Origin: Balanoglossus misakiensis | Lineage: Eukaryota > Animalia > Hemichordata | Reading direction: 5' to 3' | Assembly (NCBI GenBank): GCA_040954595.2 | Contig: CM082595.2 | Location: 8,538,317 to 8,602,316, forward strand | DNA length: 64,000 nt | Notes under the pieces: generated by a model | What the model saw: only the letters and a program-made list of their open reading frames with translations | The model's database searches: none | What the model was told of the DNA's origin: nothing | Position numbers and translations under genes: made by a program | Shown here: positions 11,925-24,362 of the stretch, in pieces | How the letters are laid out: the number at the start of each line of letters is the position of its first letter | Position numbering within the stretch: the stretch's first letter is position 1

Positions 11925-12986
11925 GCAAGTTTTCTACGACTACCACTACTATATTGGGTTTTTGGGAGAATTTTGTAGTAAACACAGACAGACTTCAACT
12001 GTCCATTAGTATGTGTTTTTGTCAGTATTAAAGTTTCCCCCAAAGTTGTGCCCAATTTGTGTGTCCCAGTGTGGTTTGTGTGTGAGAGCCAGGGTGCCTT
12101 AAGGAGTAGCTCTAAGTGAGCGCTGATTAAGGCGCGGTGGGGACAGTAGGGGTCCGTGTGCCAGCCAAACATATGCTGTCTCAAGACCGCCGGAGGGAAA
12201 GTTTCCCGGGCTTGTCATTGCCACTTTTGCATTCGGCAGAGCAGCAGGCTGGACACGGGACGCTATTGACCCACCCTCCCACCACACATTCCAGGGAATT
12301 TCTGCCTGTCTTTGTTGCTTTATATTATTTATATTTATTGTATTTATTAAAAGCATTGTTTGTATGCTTTGCATTGTTTTCATAGTTCTTTTGATAGTGT
12401 AGTTTTCAGGGGGAGAATTTTGTAGTAAACACAGACAGACTTCAACTGTTCATTAGTATGTGTTTTTGTCAGTATTAAAGTTTTCCCCAAAGTTGTGCCC
12501 AATTTGTGTGTCCCAGTGTGGTTTGTGTGTGAGAGCCAGTGTGCCTTAAACATTTCATACAACACTGCCTACTAACAATAGTCATATCAATCTGACAAGG
12601 GAAAATGAAAAAACACATCTTTTCAAACTAGCTTACTGTGCGGACCAATTTCATTAAGCTCCATTGAACAGCTATATTTTCTTGAATTCTGGTTTTATAA
12701 TTAATTTTGATTGATTGACATGTGTTTTACATCTAAATGCATCGCTTTGGGAACATTTTCTCGTATGTATGAGATTATTAAATTGAACTTGTATATTTGC
12801 TGAGGGCAACTAAATGTTCAGTAAAGATGAGGAATGCTCAATGTTTGGATTGTCTTCAAAAAGATGACAACAACTCAAGTCTCAAAAACTCTTTGTTTTG
12901 AATTTTGAATTGTTTTTGTTGCATCAGTAACGACTTCACATGTGGATGCCACATTTTGATTCTTAGCAAATGTTGTATTTTGACAG

Positions 12987-13135
12987 AGAGGAGTCCATTC
13001 CTCAATCATATCACCCCGCAAACGGCCTGAACTCCAAAAACTTAGCGACAAAGCGTGAAGTACAGATGGTACCTATGAAGGATTATGCGGCTGATCCACA
13101 CCACATGATACTTCTCAAAGGTTATCAACTTGCTG
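12987..13135 (+). pseudogene. MED25: MED25-like exon, copy B
   Basis: Duplicate of 2861-3009 with intact acceptor and the same frameshift. Confidence 0.8.
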
Positions 13136-13926
13136 GTAGGTATCTGTTGCTATGCAAATATTTGCTATCATACCATCCAGATTCTAAAGTTCACAGGTCA
13201 AATATATAACTTGTTTACGTGGCCATTTACAACCAATTCATCATTTTGTGGTTTGTTAAGATTTTTATTACTCTAAATTGGTACTTCCATAAAATGGTTG
13301 TAATATTTATTACACATCACGTATTGTTATGCGCTCCTGGTTGGCTAATACTAAATATGACAGAACTTCATGACCTCTGCACACGATCTGAGGCTTAAGG
13401 AAGTTATTTTCGCGAGTGATGCAGTGTCTTCTGTTGCAGTACTTTCACAAGCCAAGCATTTTATTCCCCATCATTTCAATGCCTGGCCAATGAATTACAC
13501 ATCCTCCTGAAAATTGCTGGTAGGTGAGAAATCAGTTTCCATGGTTGCATCCTGGATGAAACACTGGTACAGGTTCAAGACAAGTTTAGTGATATTGTGT
13601 AAATCCACAGAAGAATTTCACATCAACTGTATAATCTTCTATTTTTCTCATGATTGTGTTTCAGAAAAATCTGTGTCAAGTGGTGATACATAAGAGGTTG
13701 CCATCGTGAAACCTAAAACCATAGCAACCACTTCAGTGTCTACAACCACTACCACAACACAGCCACTGAAACCCGCATCAACAGTTACCATGTTTACAGC
13801 ATCTACCTCCAGTATGACCTCAAATCCTCTCAAATCAACTGTTGGAAGTTCAACTCCAGGTAAAGTCTCCAGTGTTGCTTACGAGTCATTTGTCATAATT
13901 AGACCACCAAGTGAAGTGTGAGATAT

Positions 13927-15835
13927 TGAACACCTATTGCCTGGCCATGAGAGCCATAGCGGCCGTTTATTACACCCGAGGGGCTGTGAGTTACCAGAAT
14001 CACATGCTATTTCTCGAGGCCGTAGGCCGAGGGAAATAGCGTATGATTCTGGTAACTCACAGCCACGAGGGTGTAATAAACGGCCGCTATGGCCCGAATA
14101 TAGGCCAGGCTATAGGTGTTTTATAATAAACCTCATGCTAACAGTTTATGTTTGCAATATTGAACAAGTTTAATTAAATACCTTGAATACGAAATACAAT
14201 AAATTCAACATGAACGGATGCTATAACCCGAATAAAACAGCTTACGGCTTATTATAATGTAATATGCAAAATTTGGTAAGCTGACAAAGTACAACTTTTG
14301 ACAGTCAATTGGCTTCGGATTCCATAAAGCCTAATTGTTGTGGATGTTGACGACGCATCCATGAAAGTTATAGTTCACTACTTTCTTACTACCGCTCACT
14401 TCTTGTTGAGTAACAAAATTAACCGGCGGCGGCGGAGAAGAAGTAGTCAGTTCACTCAGAAATGACCGTTGCAAGGGCGATGCCATTATCGGAGCTAGCG
14501 ACGACTGCGGCTGTTCTATTGTTTGTGCGCCTTCTATCTGTTCGTTTGTCAACGAACTTCCTTGAATAGCACTGGAAAGTGTACGGCTCATTTCTCGCTT
14601 CTTGTCTTCACCAACTCTGCTATAACTTCTGATACTGGTCTCTGATTTGTGACCACTAACTCCCATGATATGCCGTGCCTCAAAGCCTTTGTCGTCCAGC
14701 GTTGTCACAGTGGTAGCACGCAAACAGTGGTTGGTGTACGTACGAGAACATTCAGCTTCGACAGATATTTTCTTCATTTTGTCGGCGAGCGTATTTTTAC
14801 CAACTGCTATGCTGTCATACCAAACAGAGTCATCTTGACTTTTCAGTGCTGGTTTTGGTCGCTGCCAAAAAGCCTCAGAGTTTGGGTTTAGCTTTGTTAA
14901 ATACAATTCAAAAGACCAAACTGGACATAGCGAGTTTTCAGGAGTCTCGTACATCCTCCCTCCTTGACTCATTTCCGCGTCGTCTATACAGCCACGGTGA
15001 TTTTTCGTCAGCATATCTTTACAGAGCGACACATATTTCAGGCCCGTTGAATCACGTTGGACGACGAAGTGCGACTTCGTCATGTTACGTAGATTTTCGC
15101 GGCCGCGATTGCATAGATACATCATAATATCAACGAAAACCTTGTTTTGTAACCCGCGTGGCGTTGACTTGTCAAGTGCAGACGACAACATCATTTTTGT
15201 CATGTCATCTTTGGTAACGGGTTCTTTATGTTGCGTTGCACCCTTACCCTCGCCTTTCAGTTTTACAAGCATTGCAGTGAATACATCATTGGCAGGCTTG
15301 AAAATCTCACTGTGGATGATGTCGGTGCCGCACTGTTTCAGAAAATATCGTTGTAAGCCATATCGTATTGTTATCATTGACTTACTCGAATACAGCTGTG
15401 CGTTGTTCTGTCGAACCCCAGCGTAGAAATCCCGCAGCGTGAGACACAAATCGGCTGGCGCAGTCTTTTCCACGTCGGATATGGTAGTACCAATTTCTTC
15501 ACAAAACGAAGTAAAAATCCTCGTTGCGTATTGAATTACATATTTGGTGTTACGTGAATCCTTGTTGTCGACAAGGTGTTGCAGTTCTTGCTCCGACAAA
15601 AGGGAAAATCTTGCAATTTTCTCTTTAGGTTGGCATACGACATCTTCAGCGGTGGCCATTGTGCTAGCAGACGACGCGACGCTGATTGACATGACCCTGT
15701 GACGTCACGCTGGTCACGTGACCGGTTTATATTTTTTCTGCTATTGCCCTATCGGTTCATAGTCGATTCTATTTTCCTATCACGTGACGGATTCTGGCGA
15801 ATCACGGCACAGTATTAGCATGAGGTATATTATAA
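13927..15835 (-). mobile_element. Crypton-like YR DNA transposon with terminal hairpin
   Basis: Absent from copy A (gagatat|agtag at ~3823); no TSD; single YR ORF; hairpin ~13929-14121; 21-bp IR 14121-14141 / 15815-15835. Confidence 0.9.
14331..15692 (-). CDS. Crypton-type tyrosine recombinase (DUF3504 / KCTD1-ZMYM-QRICH1-related)
   Basis: Intact, intronless 453 aa; NRGRENLR, TKNHRG, CPV, WY..VGKNTL, TNHCLRAT and SGHKSETSIRSY give the R-K-H-R-H-Y catalytic set. Confidence 0.92.
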   Translation of the reverse strand: MSISVASSASTMATAEDVVCQPKEKIARFSLLSEQELQHLVDNKDSRNTKYVIQYATRIFTSFCEEIGTTISDVEKTAPADLCLTLRDFYAGVRQNNAQLYSSKSMITIRYGLQRYFLKQCGTDIIHSEIFKPANDVFTAMLVKLKGEGKGATQHKEPVTKDDMTKMMLSSALDKSTPRGLQNKVFVDIMMYLCNRGRENLRNMTKSHFVVQRDSTGLKYVSLCKDMLTKNHRGCIDDAEMSQGGRMYETPENSLCPVWSFELYLTKLNPNSEAFWQRPKPALKSQDDSVWYDSIAVGKNTLADKMKKISVEAECSRTYTNHCLRATTVTTLDDKGFEARHIMGVSGHKSETSIRSYSRVGEDKKREMSRTLSSAIQGSSLTNEQIEGAQTIEQPQSSLAPIMASPLQRSFLSELTTSSPPPPVNFVTQQEVSGSKKVVNYNFHGCVVNIHNN

Positions 15836-18034
15836 AGTAGAATATTGCCATGTTGATCTTCACTACAATATTAGTTAAAGTTATATAGCACTCTGTGATC
15901 AACGAGTTGAAAATACAGCATGAGCTGTAGTCCCCTTCATCAGCTGTACACGTAGAATGAACAGAGAAACAGAGAATCATGGGGTATTCAAAGTAGGAAA
16001 TATGTGCAGGACCAGGTGCATCGATCAGAAAAATTTCCTACAGTGGATTTTCTATCTGAGGATGGTGACTTCATGACCGCGATATTGTGCCCTTGAGCGA
16101 GGCACTTTACTTCTCATTGCTCTTGGGAGACTGGCTTTGTAGAGGTGATTTGCACCTGTTCTAGTCTTTCTACTAGACATATTTTCTGTGTTTGCGATTG
16201 ATGAATTACTGTCTAATGGGAAATTTTTGTAAACTTCGCGAGAACCAACAAATGCGAATTAAAAAGTCATATAAAAATGTTTTTCGGGGATATTGGTGAA
16301 GTTAGTGAAATATAAGAATGCGAAATTTAATTGTAGCATAACAGCTGTCTCTATTGATATTGCGAAAATTTCTTGTCACAGAAATTTCCCGTTTTACAGT
16401 TCATAAATAAATCAACTAGATCTTTTTACTGCAGATGCCACACCAACTAATCATCTGTTACCTGGACGACCAAGTCAAATTGGAAGTCAGTCTCCACAAC
16501 AACTGTCATCCTCTCAACAGAAACTGATTCAACCAAGTCAGCCCCAGATGCAGGGCCAAGGTCAAAGGTCATCAATGCCTTTTGCCCAGCCTACCAGTTT
16601 ACCAAACCAACCAGTATCCACTGTCACAGCAAACAGGACTCAACAACCCAATGTGACTGTTTCAAGTACATGTATTCCCATGAGACAATTTTGTCCACCC
16701 AGGTACAGTTGTGGTCTACCTTCTACTTTTTGAGATTCAAATTAGCTGTTTCTAGTTACCCATCCTGTGAATTGAAAGCTTTTTATGACTGTATCGCATA
16801 GCCTTGTCTTACCATTGTCTACACAGTAGACTATTTATTTTCAAAACACATTCAAAACTTCTGTTTTGGTTGCAAAAAAGCCACTCTGTAAATGGAAAGA
16901 CTCTTTGGATAATGCCACAGACTCATTAATCAAATTCAATTTTTAATGTGATTAATGTTGATAAGCCCTAAAACCTGATCCCTTCCAAATGTGAGTATGT
17001 GTGTTGAAAATGGGACTTTGAGAGTTGTAAGCTCAACATCGATTCAATTTTGTTGAAAATAGGACTTTGAGAGTTGTAAGCTCAACATCGATTCAAAAAT
17101 TGAAGTCATGAATTAAAAAATGTGGTTTTGAATACTGGTCTTGATAATGCTTCATATTAACTAGGTTTGTTACTCTTTTTGGACAGGCAACTTCACCACC
17201 AAAGATGACTTCCCAGCATGTGCCAGCTGCTGCACTGAAAGCCACAGAGGGTGTCATGCAAATGGCAAATGCTAGTCAGTTCAGTAAGATGCCACAAATT
17301 GCTGCTGTGAATTCTATCAACTAACAGCCACAGCAGAGATGGCCAGGTACAGATTCAAAGCCACAACGAGGTAGGTACAGTCAAACCTGTCTACAGTGGC
17401 CAGTCAAGGGACTTTCCTTAACTGGCATTTATAGACAGGTGGCTTCTATAGATAGGTCAGTTAATGTGCAATGTACATGTACATGAAATGAAACAAAGTT
17501 GCCACTATAATAGAGGTGGCCACAAACACAGATTTGACTGTCATATATGTTATGTTGCCATGGCAGTCATTTACCATTAGTTTGAATATACTTTGCCAAA
17601 ACCTGAGGAAAAAATATTCAAGTTCCCCTTTTCGTATTCCCCTATCAATGGTATAATACAACAGTGTCATGGTAAAATTTTGTGACATTTTTGCTAACTG
17701 CTAAAGCCCAAGTAACATTGTTTTTTTCAGTATTTTTCAGCGAAGGAATTAACCCTAGTTTCTTGTTCTGCTATGGATAGCTTTATGAAATGTTCAGTCT
17801 TTAGCTTCTATACAAAACTTGTACATGAGTAATGGCCATTGTGAATATTAAATGAACTCAGACGAGAATTCATTTTTCAACAATAACAATGCTGATCAAT
17901 ATATAAAACGCCTTTGTTTGAAAACCAAACTCTGAATAAATTCTTAATGTTTTACAGAGTAGAATAAAGCTGATATCCAAAGTTAAGGTTGAAGTTATTG
18001 ATGTTTTAATACTACTGTGTTTACTTATCAGCAG

Positions 18035-18182
18035 GTATGCAGTCAACGATGCGAACAGGAGTGCAGTCAACACAACCGACAGTACCTAATGTGAGCGACA
18101 GCAAAATCCACCTGTCACCACTGGCACCAATGTTGTTCCAACTCTGACACAGCCACAAGTACATGTACAAAACCAGTCATTG
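18035..18182 (+). pseudogene. Probable further MED25-like Q/T/P-rich exon
   Basis: AG/GT-bounded, GMQSTMRTGVQSTQPTVPNV...QPQVHVQNQSL with a frameshift; follows copy B collinearly. Confidence 0.45.
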
Positions 18183-18703
18183 GTATGTTATGTTATGAGC
18201 TGAGTTGTAATACCCACCTATCCCTTTTGCCTGGCAAGTGACAGTTTATCACTTTTCAGTATTTCAATGGAACTGTATTTGGATAATTTGTTACCTAACA
18301 TGACATCAGAAGATGGCAGCTTGATGTCTTAACTGAGGACATTGGATGACCAGTAGATAAAGATTTTCTTTGATATCAATGACATCAGACGCAGTTCCGT
18401 TGGCATCAAATTTCCAGCTGACGGGGAATTTCAGCAACGTGGTGCAAATGACGACTGTGCAGATGAATACCAAGATGCTGTTGAGGCACCATGCCTGATA
18501 CATATTACCTGTCTGGTGGTTCTAAAGTATAAACACATCCGGAAAAAAATATTTTACGGGATACCAATTGCGACAAATTATTGCCATCTTGTTATAAATC
18601 TGAGCCCAGGTGTCTTTGGTGTGAGATTCCAGTAGTCAAGAGTAGGCTTACCTTGAATAATGTAATGCTTGTAAATAATTTCTAATTTCTTCTTACCCTC
18701 CAG

Positions 18704-18822
18704 ATATGAATGTCACAGTGGTGGAAATGCGTGCCAACACTATTGTCAGAATACCCATGGTAGTTATCTCTGCGCTTGCAGACCAGGATTCTATCTGCTG
18801 GAGGATGGCTATGCATGTGGCG
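18704..18822 (+). pseudogene. cbEGF exon type A, copy 1 (4-bp deletion)
   Basis: CQHYCQNTHGSYLCACRPGF..C; 119 bp vs 123 bp in the other copies. Confidence 0.8.
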
Positions 18823-20957
18823 GTATGTAACTGTGGATATTGATCTCTTCTGTGGCTACACTGTTTGGGGATTGTATATTGCTATGGTTACAATCAGCTA
18901 AACACACATCCTGTCAGTCCATTGCACACATTTTAAAATTTGAAATCAACCGCACACTCGTACTGAACACATGTTTGTTGAAATTGTATCTCAGAATTTT
19001 TCCATTTATAATTATGCATAATATAAACAAATTAACAAATGTGAAATTTTATCTTTGAAAATTTGTTTGCAAGGGTGAAAAAGTAATCTGTTTTTTTAAA
19101 AATCAGACAAAGTTTTGCTGACAGGGTACACGAGTTTCAGGGGATTTTGTTAAAATGAGTACGGGCAAATCAACAGCTATCAATGGATGCACCACAGGAG
19201 TAGGTGTTGGTTCAAAACGCCTTTGGTACTTACAATCGTCCGGATCATATCAAAACCCGATGTGTTTGAATGCGACTGCATTTACTGACATCGAGAATGG
19301 CGGCCACATTGTGATGACCGCGTCGACCGATGCGCGCGATGAACGTACGTGACTGACCTCCCTTGTCATGATCTTGCGTGTTTTGATATCTGCACGTCAT
19401 CTCTGACGCATAAAGTAGTCGGAACAGCGAAAGGTTTTCACAAATTTTGTCAAAACTGCGTCGAAATGGCTTTCTGACATTGACTTCCGTGTCTACGCTG
19501 TGGACTCACTAAGTATGACTGTTCAATGACGTTTTATGAATGGACCAATCCGGTTACGTATGGTAATGCGTCCCGGGTCAAAAGTCAAGTATTGTACTTC
19601 GGCCAGTAAAACTTGCAAGGGTTGTAGATTGCGGTGAATAAATATAAATAAATCGTGGAAAATTTGTATTAAAATCGTGATCTCTAAAAAAAGAGTGAGA
19701 ACTTGATTTTAAGTGATATTGCAGTACAAAATTACAAAGAAATACTTTTTATTCCTTGGGGAAGTGTTAATTATTCAGAAAAAAAATATATTCTGAAATT
19801 TTCCAACTTCAGAATTTTTCCTACTGCAACAGAGGATATGATTATTTCATCAACTAACATGTAAAAGTTATTTAAAAAGTCAACTATGTCAATTAATGCA
19901 TTATCTGGAAAGATACCTTTTACGTGTCATGAATTACTATAGTTAATATATAGATAAAGGCCTTCATGCAATATTACATACACCAACACTTCATTTTGCA
20001 GTACGTGAGCTGCGGTGTACTGGCTTTTGCACTTGTCTGAGCTGCAGAAAGTCTTATCATATTGAAATTTACAGAAGGCATTGTTCCCTGCTGTTTTAGA
20101 GCTGTGAGTTAACTGCGTAGAGCTGCCGTTTGTCTACACAATGTTCTAAAAAAGCTGTCAAAGAGAATTTGGTCTGCTGCCAACAAATGACAGCTCAGAA
20201 CAACCATTGCAGACCTGCAGATGAGCTGTGGATAGCTGACACAGCTCTAAATCAGAGCTGCAGCAGCTCTCTGCAGATCTGCAGGTTTGGTATGATAACT
20301 TGGGCCTAGCTAGGGAGTTCTTTATTATGAGCATCCTAGGTGGACCTGTTCATGGGGGGGGGCGACTCCATCTTGTTTTGAGTGAAACTTGTATGGGAAC
20401 ATTGTGGACCCAGTCGGAAATAAATCAATTATTGTTGAACTATTAGGTAAGGGATGTAGATGGTGAAAGGACGTGACAAGACTCGAATCTGAATCAGAAT
20501 ATGAATCTTGGGCTGTGGAACGTGAAACGTGAAACTTGAAACGTGAATCTTGAATTAGGCTTACCCTAATTTTTAATGGGTATATTCTTGATAACTCATC
20601 ACCATGAATGATCATTTCAAAACTTAACAAGGCATATGGCTAAAGAGGATTCAGTGTTTGTGCACCTTCTATCTGCAATGCTGGATCTATTGACAGTTTT
20701 CAAAGGGGTTTAAAGACTCGTCTTTTTATTCAGTACTTTCTATTTCATTCCATTGCTTTTTTGGTTAATAGGGACTGTCTTTCAGAACTCTTTGGTTTGT
20801 TTCGTGTTTTTAAGTGTAATTTATTATCCTTTAAGCTTTCACTTGTTTTCTAATTTTATTATTTTCTGTAGAAAATGCACTGAGATGTATGTGTATTATG
20901 TTTGTCAGGAAATAAATAATAATAAAATTAAAAATAATAAACTGTCTTTGATTTCAG

Positions 20958-21074
20958 ATGTCAATGAATGTATGGAGAGAGCAGATCTTTGTGAAGGCCA
21001 GTGTGTGAATACAGCAGGCTCTTTTTATTGCACTTGTGTTGTGGGATATTGATTGGTCAATTGAGAGTGTACAG
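20958..21074 (+). pseudogene. cbEGF exon type B, copy 1 (nonsense codons)
   Basis: DVNECMERADLCEGQCVNTAGSFYCTCVVGY*LVN*ECT; phase 1-1 exon. Confidence 0.85.
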
Positions 21075-21584
21075 GTAAGACCAGCACAATATGTGGACAA
21101 CGAAAGGTCCAGTATCTGTAACTTTTGAATTTTTATTCAATATTATTCTGGGTGTCACCCATCATTTCTTGTTCAGCTCGGTGAAGCTAGGTAAGCAATG
21201 TTGTTATTGTTTAAACATTGTATTCAAGCCTGGGTCTGGACTTGGATGCAATTTGTCAATAATAACAGTGATTGGTAACTGCATGTTTACATAACTGGCT
21301 AACTGTTAAAAAGACCAGCTGTTCTATTTGGTGTGTGTACAGTACACATGCCATTGGCAGCTTATGGCTCAGTCAGTGTTTGCCTGTTGATTTCTCTATG
21401 TGTGTGTGTCTGTCTGTCTGTATATGTACTCCGGTGTAGACTTTTTTATTGTGTTATCCCTGAATGGGACCACTGTGTCCTTAACGCGATGTTTTACACT
21501 CAGCAGCGATATTTTGTCTAACACGAGTCAAAATATCCCCAACTCGTCTGAGAAATCTTATCCCAGGTCCTAAGGTTGTGAGAC

Positions 21585-21982
21585 TAATAGAATCTCACAC
21601 TCCCAAGGACTTGGGATCATATTTCTCACATGTGTTGAGGATTTTCTGTCCCAAACAAGCTGCAGGCGAATGTGGGACAAGATATCCCCGACGAGTGTGA
21701 GAAATACGATCCCAGGTCCTTGGTGTGTGAGATTATTTTTCTCACACAGTCACAAATTAGCCAAATTCGTTAAATAAATGACTCTTGAACTGTCATCTGG
21801 TACATTGTAGATTCAGTATCGCGTCATTGGATAACCTTTAGCACATGTTGTTAAAGAACTCTTTGTCATCCAATCAGCGCTCGCATCATATACAGCTCTC
21901 GATTCAGTGAGAATGTGGGATTGATTTGTTCTCACACTCTGATCCAACACTCTCAGCATGCCAGGAGTGTGAGAATCTATTA
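21585..21982. mobile_element. Non-autonomous hairpin-ended element (Crypton-like architecture)
   Basis: Imperfect hairpin ~21585-21740 centred on aagctgcaggcga; internal ttctcacac inverted with terminal gtgtgagaa; duplicates at ~32156-32562, ~36982-37345 and ~47756-48090. Confidence 0.6.
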
Positions 21983-23567
21983 CGAGTTTGAAATCTTAGG
22001 TGAAGAGTTTATCAATTTCACTGCCAAACCTGTAGGGCATTCTGGGATATGTGTTCATGCCAAAGCACAAACAGCCATGACCTGACAGCTCAGTTTGTAG
22101 ATCATTTCTACAAATCCACAAAGAGACTCAAAGTTTAGAAATGTTGTGTCGGTTAGAAATATTAGACGTATCACTGTTAATACTTTATTTCAAAGCCATG
22201 TGAATTTGTTCACATTAGGGAAATTTTTTAAAGGAAGGGAGGATTGGTATTGACTTGAATAATTACAATGGATGTATTGTCCACCTCTATATAGTGCCCA
22301 CTTTATTCTAGTCCCTGTGTAATTTATATCTACATTAATTGACTTTTCTACCAGGTATAATGGCCACCTGTCTATAAAGGCCAGTTTAGGAAAGTCCCTT
22401 TACTAGCCATAATGGACAGGTTTGACTGCACTTGTGTTGATTTCTGTCTGTAATACGTGTAACACAATCATAAAATTTTTCATAAAGAGGGCACACTTCC
22501 AAAATAAGGTGTCATCTCCAAGCAGACAATGTGAAAAAGGAGGCCGGTAGGTTACAGAGTACTGCTCGAGCTCATCTACTTTGTTGTATACATGATACAA
22601 GTTGCGTGTAAAACTGACCTTACAATAAAATGTGGCTGTGGAAAGTCTGTCCCAACTGTAGTGTTGATACACAAGACAAAGTTTTTACTCTTTGACCAAC
22701 TGGCCTCATGTTTGCGTCTTGGAAGGGCACCCTCTTTATGAAAAAGGCATATGATATCACTACAAGGAATAAATTAACATGATAGAACATTGCTGATTAA
22801 TGTCATAGATCATGATAACATGAATGCATAGCAATGTTTTGGTACAATTTGGTACATAAAGAAATGGACTACTGTGACAGTATTGACTCTGGGAACTATG
22901 TAGATGATTCCCAGCCTCAAAATTCTGACTTGCTTCACCGTTGGAAGAAGTCAGTTTTCAGGTTAACATGTATATTTGTACAGAGTGTGGCATTAGTGAG
23001 TGGTTGCATCACATCAATGCATGACAAAAGGTCATCACTGTGTAAGACTCAGAAATAGAATTTGAATACAAATCCTATTAAACAAAATATTCTAAAATTT
23101 ACATGTTATTTTAACACCTGTTTACTCCTATAAAAGTGAGTGCACGTGTTTTTGAGGTCTCTTCAATTCAGAAGCCACTGTGTAGGCCTTAGTTGGTGCA
23201 TGCAGCTCGTAGACTTAGAAATTAAGTTTGGTTCAACTCAAACGCTTCAAGTCCAGTTGACCATCTCACACTTCTGACACTGGTGGGATTCAAACCAACT
23301 TCATCGAAATGACTGCAGGTGCCTAAAACCCCTTGACTGTAGGACACAAATGCCTGACAGTGATATAACTATGTTATAATGTTACATCGACAATACATAC
23401 GTTTGGGGATATGTTGTCTCAAATGATCAAATTGAGACAAATTATCCCCATCTTGTTATAAATCTGAGCCCAGGTGTCTTTGGTGTGAGATTTCAGTAGT
23501 CAAGAGTAGGCTTACCTTGAATAATGTAATGCTTGTAAATTATTTCGAATTTCTTCTTACCCTCCAG

Positions 23568-23690
23568 ATATGAATAAATGTCACAGTTGTGGAAATGCGT
23601 GTCAACACTATTGTCAGAATACCCATGGTAGTTATCTCTGCGCTTGCAGACAAGGCTTCAATGTGCTGGAGGATGGCCATGCATGTGCAG
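23568..23690 (+). pseudogene. cbEGF exon type A, copy 2
   Basis: DMNKCHSCGNACQHYCQNTHGSYLCACRQGFNVLEDGHACA; AG/GT-bounded, 123 bp. Confidence 0.8.
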
Positions 23691-24362
23691 GTATGTAACT
23701 GTGGATATTGATCTCTTCTGTGGCTACACTGTTTGGGGATTGTATATTGCTATGGTTACAATCAGCTAAACTCACATCCTGTCAGTCCATTGCACACATT
23801 TTAAAATTTGAAATCAACAGCACACTCGTACTGAACACATGTTTGTTGAAATTGTATCTCAGAATTTTTCCATTTATAATTATGCATAATATAAACAAAT
23901 TAACAAATGTGAAATTTTATCTTTGAAAATTTGTTTGCAAGGGTGAAAAAGTAATCTGTTTTTTTAAAAATCAGACAAAGTTTTGCTGACAGGGTACACG
24001 AGTTTCAGGGGATTTTGTTAAAATGAGAATGATAGAGAGTGTTAAAATTCCTAGATTCTGAGATTGCCATGGATATTGAGGACTTTGACGTAAAAACAAT
24101 TAATTGATCAAGAAATATGTGGTTAAGTATATGTGTGATCAACCTCACACTATACTATAAGACTGTCTGATATATTTATGCACAAGTACAATGTATTTTC
24201 ACTACTTATATGCATAACTCAATCAAATTAACATAATTTATCGACCTATAGCTAAATAAATTACCACAGCAAAGAATAAATATACACTTAGAAAATTCAT
24301 ATAGTTTTCATCTCATTTTAAAGAAATTATAAATGCTTCTCCGAGGAGTACAATAATTTTTA

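Larger units (their letters stand above)
7633..12549 (+). mobile_element. Ngaro-type YR retrotransposon with split direct repeats A1-ORFs-B1-A2-B2
   Basis: A1 7633-7799 = A2 12101-12267; B1 11964-12102 = B2 12411-12549; gag, RT/RNase H and YR ORFs; empty site in copy A at ~2455-2465; no TSD. Confidence 0.95.
514..17671 (+). repeat. Tandem segmental duplication: copy A 514-5553, copy B 5554-17671 (expanded by insertions)
   Basis: Near-identical collinear blocks, e.g. 2460-3830 vs 12550-13926 and 3826-5553 vs 15836-17671; junction gtcatg|accacacacaac at 5553/5554. Confidence 0.9.

Noticed and set aside
14331-15692. Domesticated host gene (KCTD1/ZMYM/QRICH1-like)
   Set aside because: Intronless, retains the catalytic residues, and lies in a discrete insertion absent from the paralogous site
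18300-18530. Possible exon at the MED25/EGF junction
   Set aside because: Coding-like composition but no clear splice sites or recognisable domain
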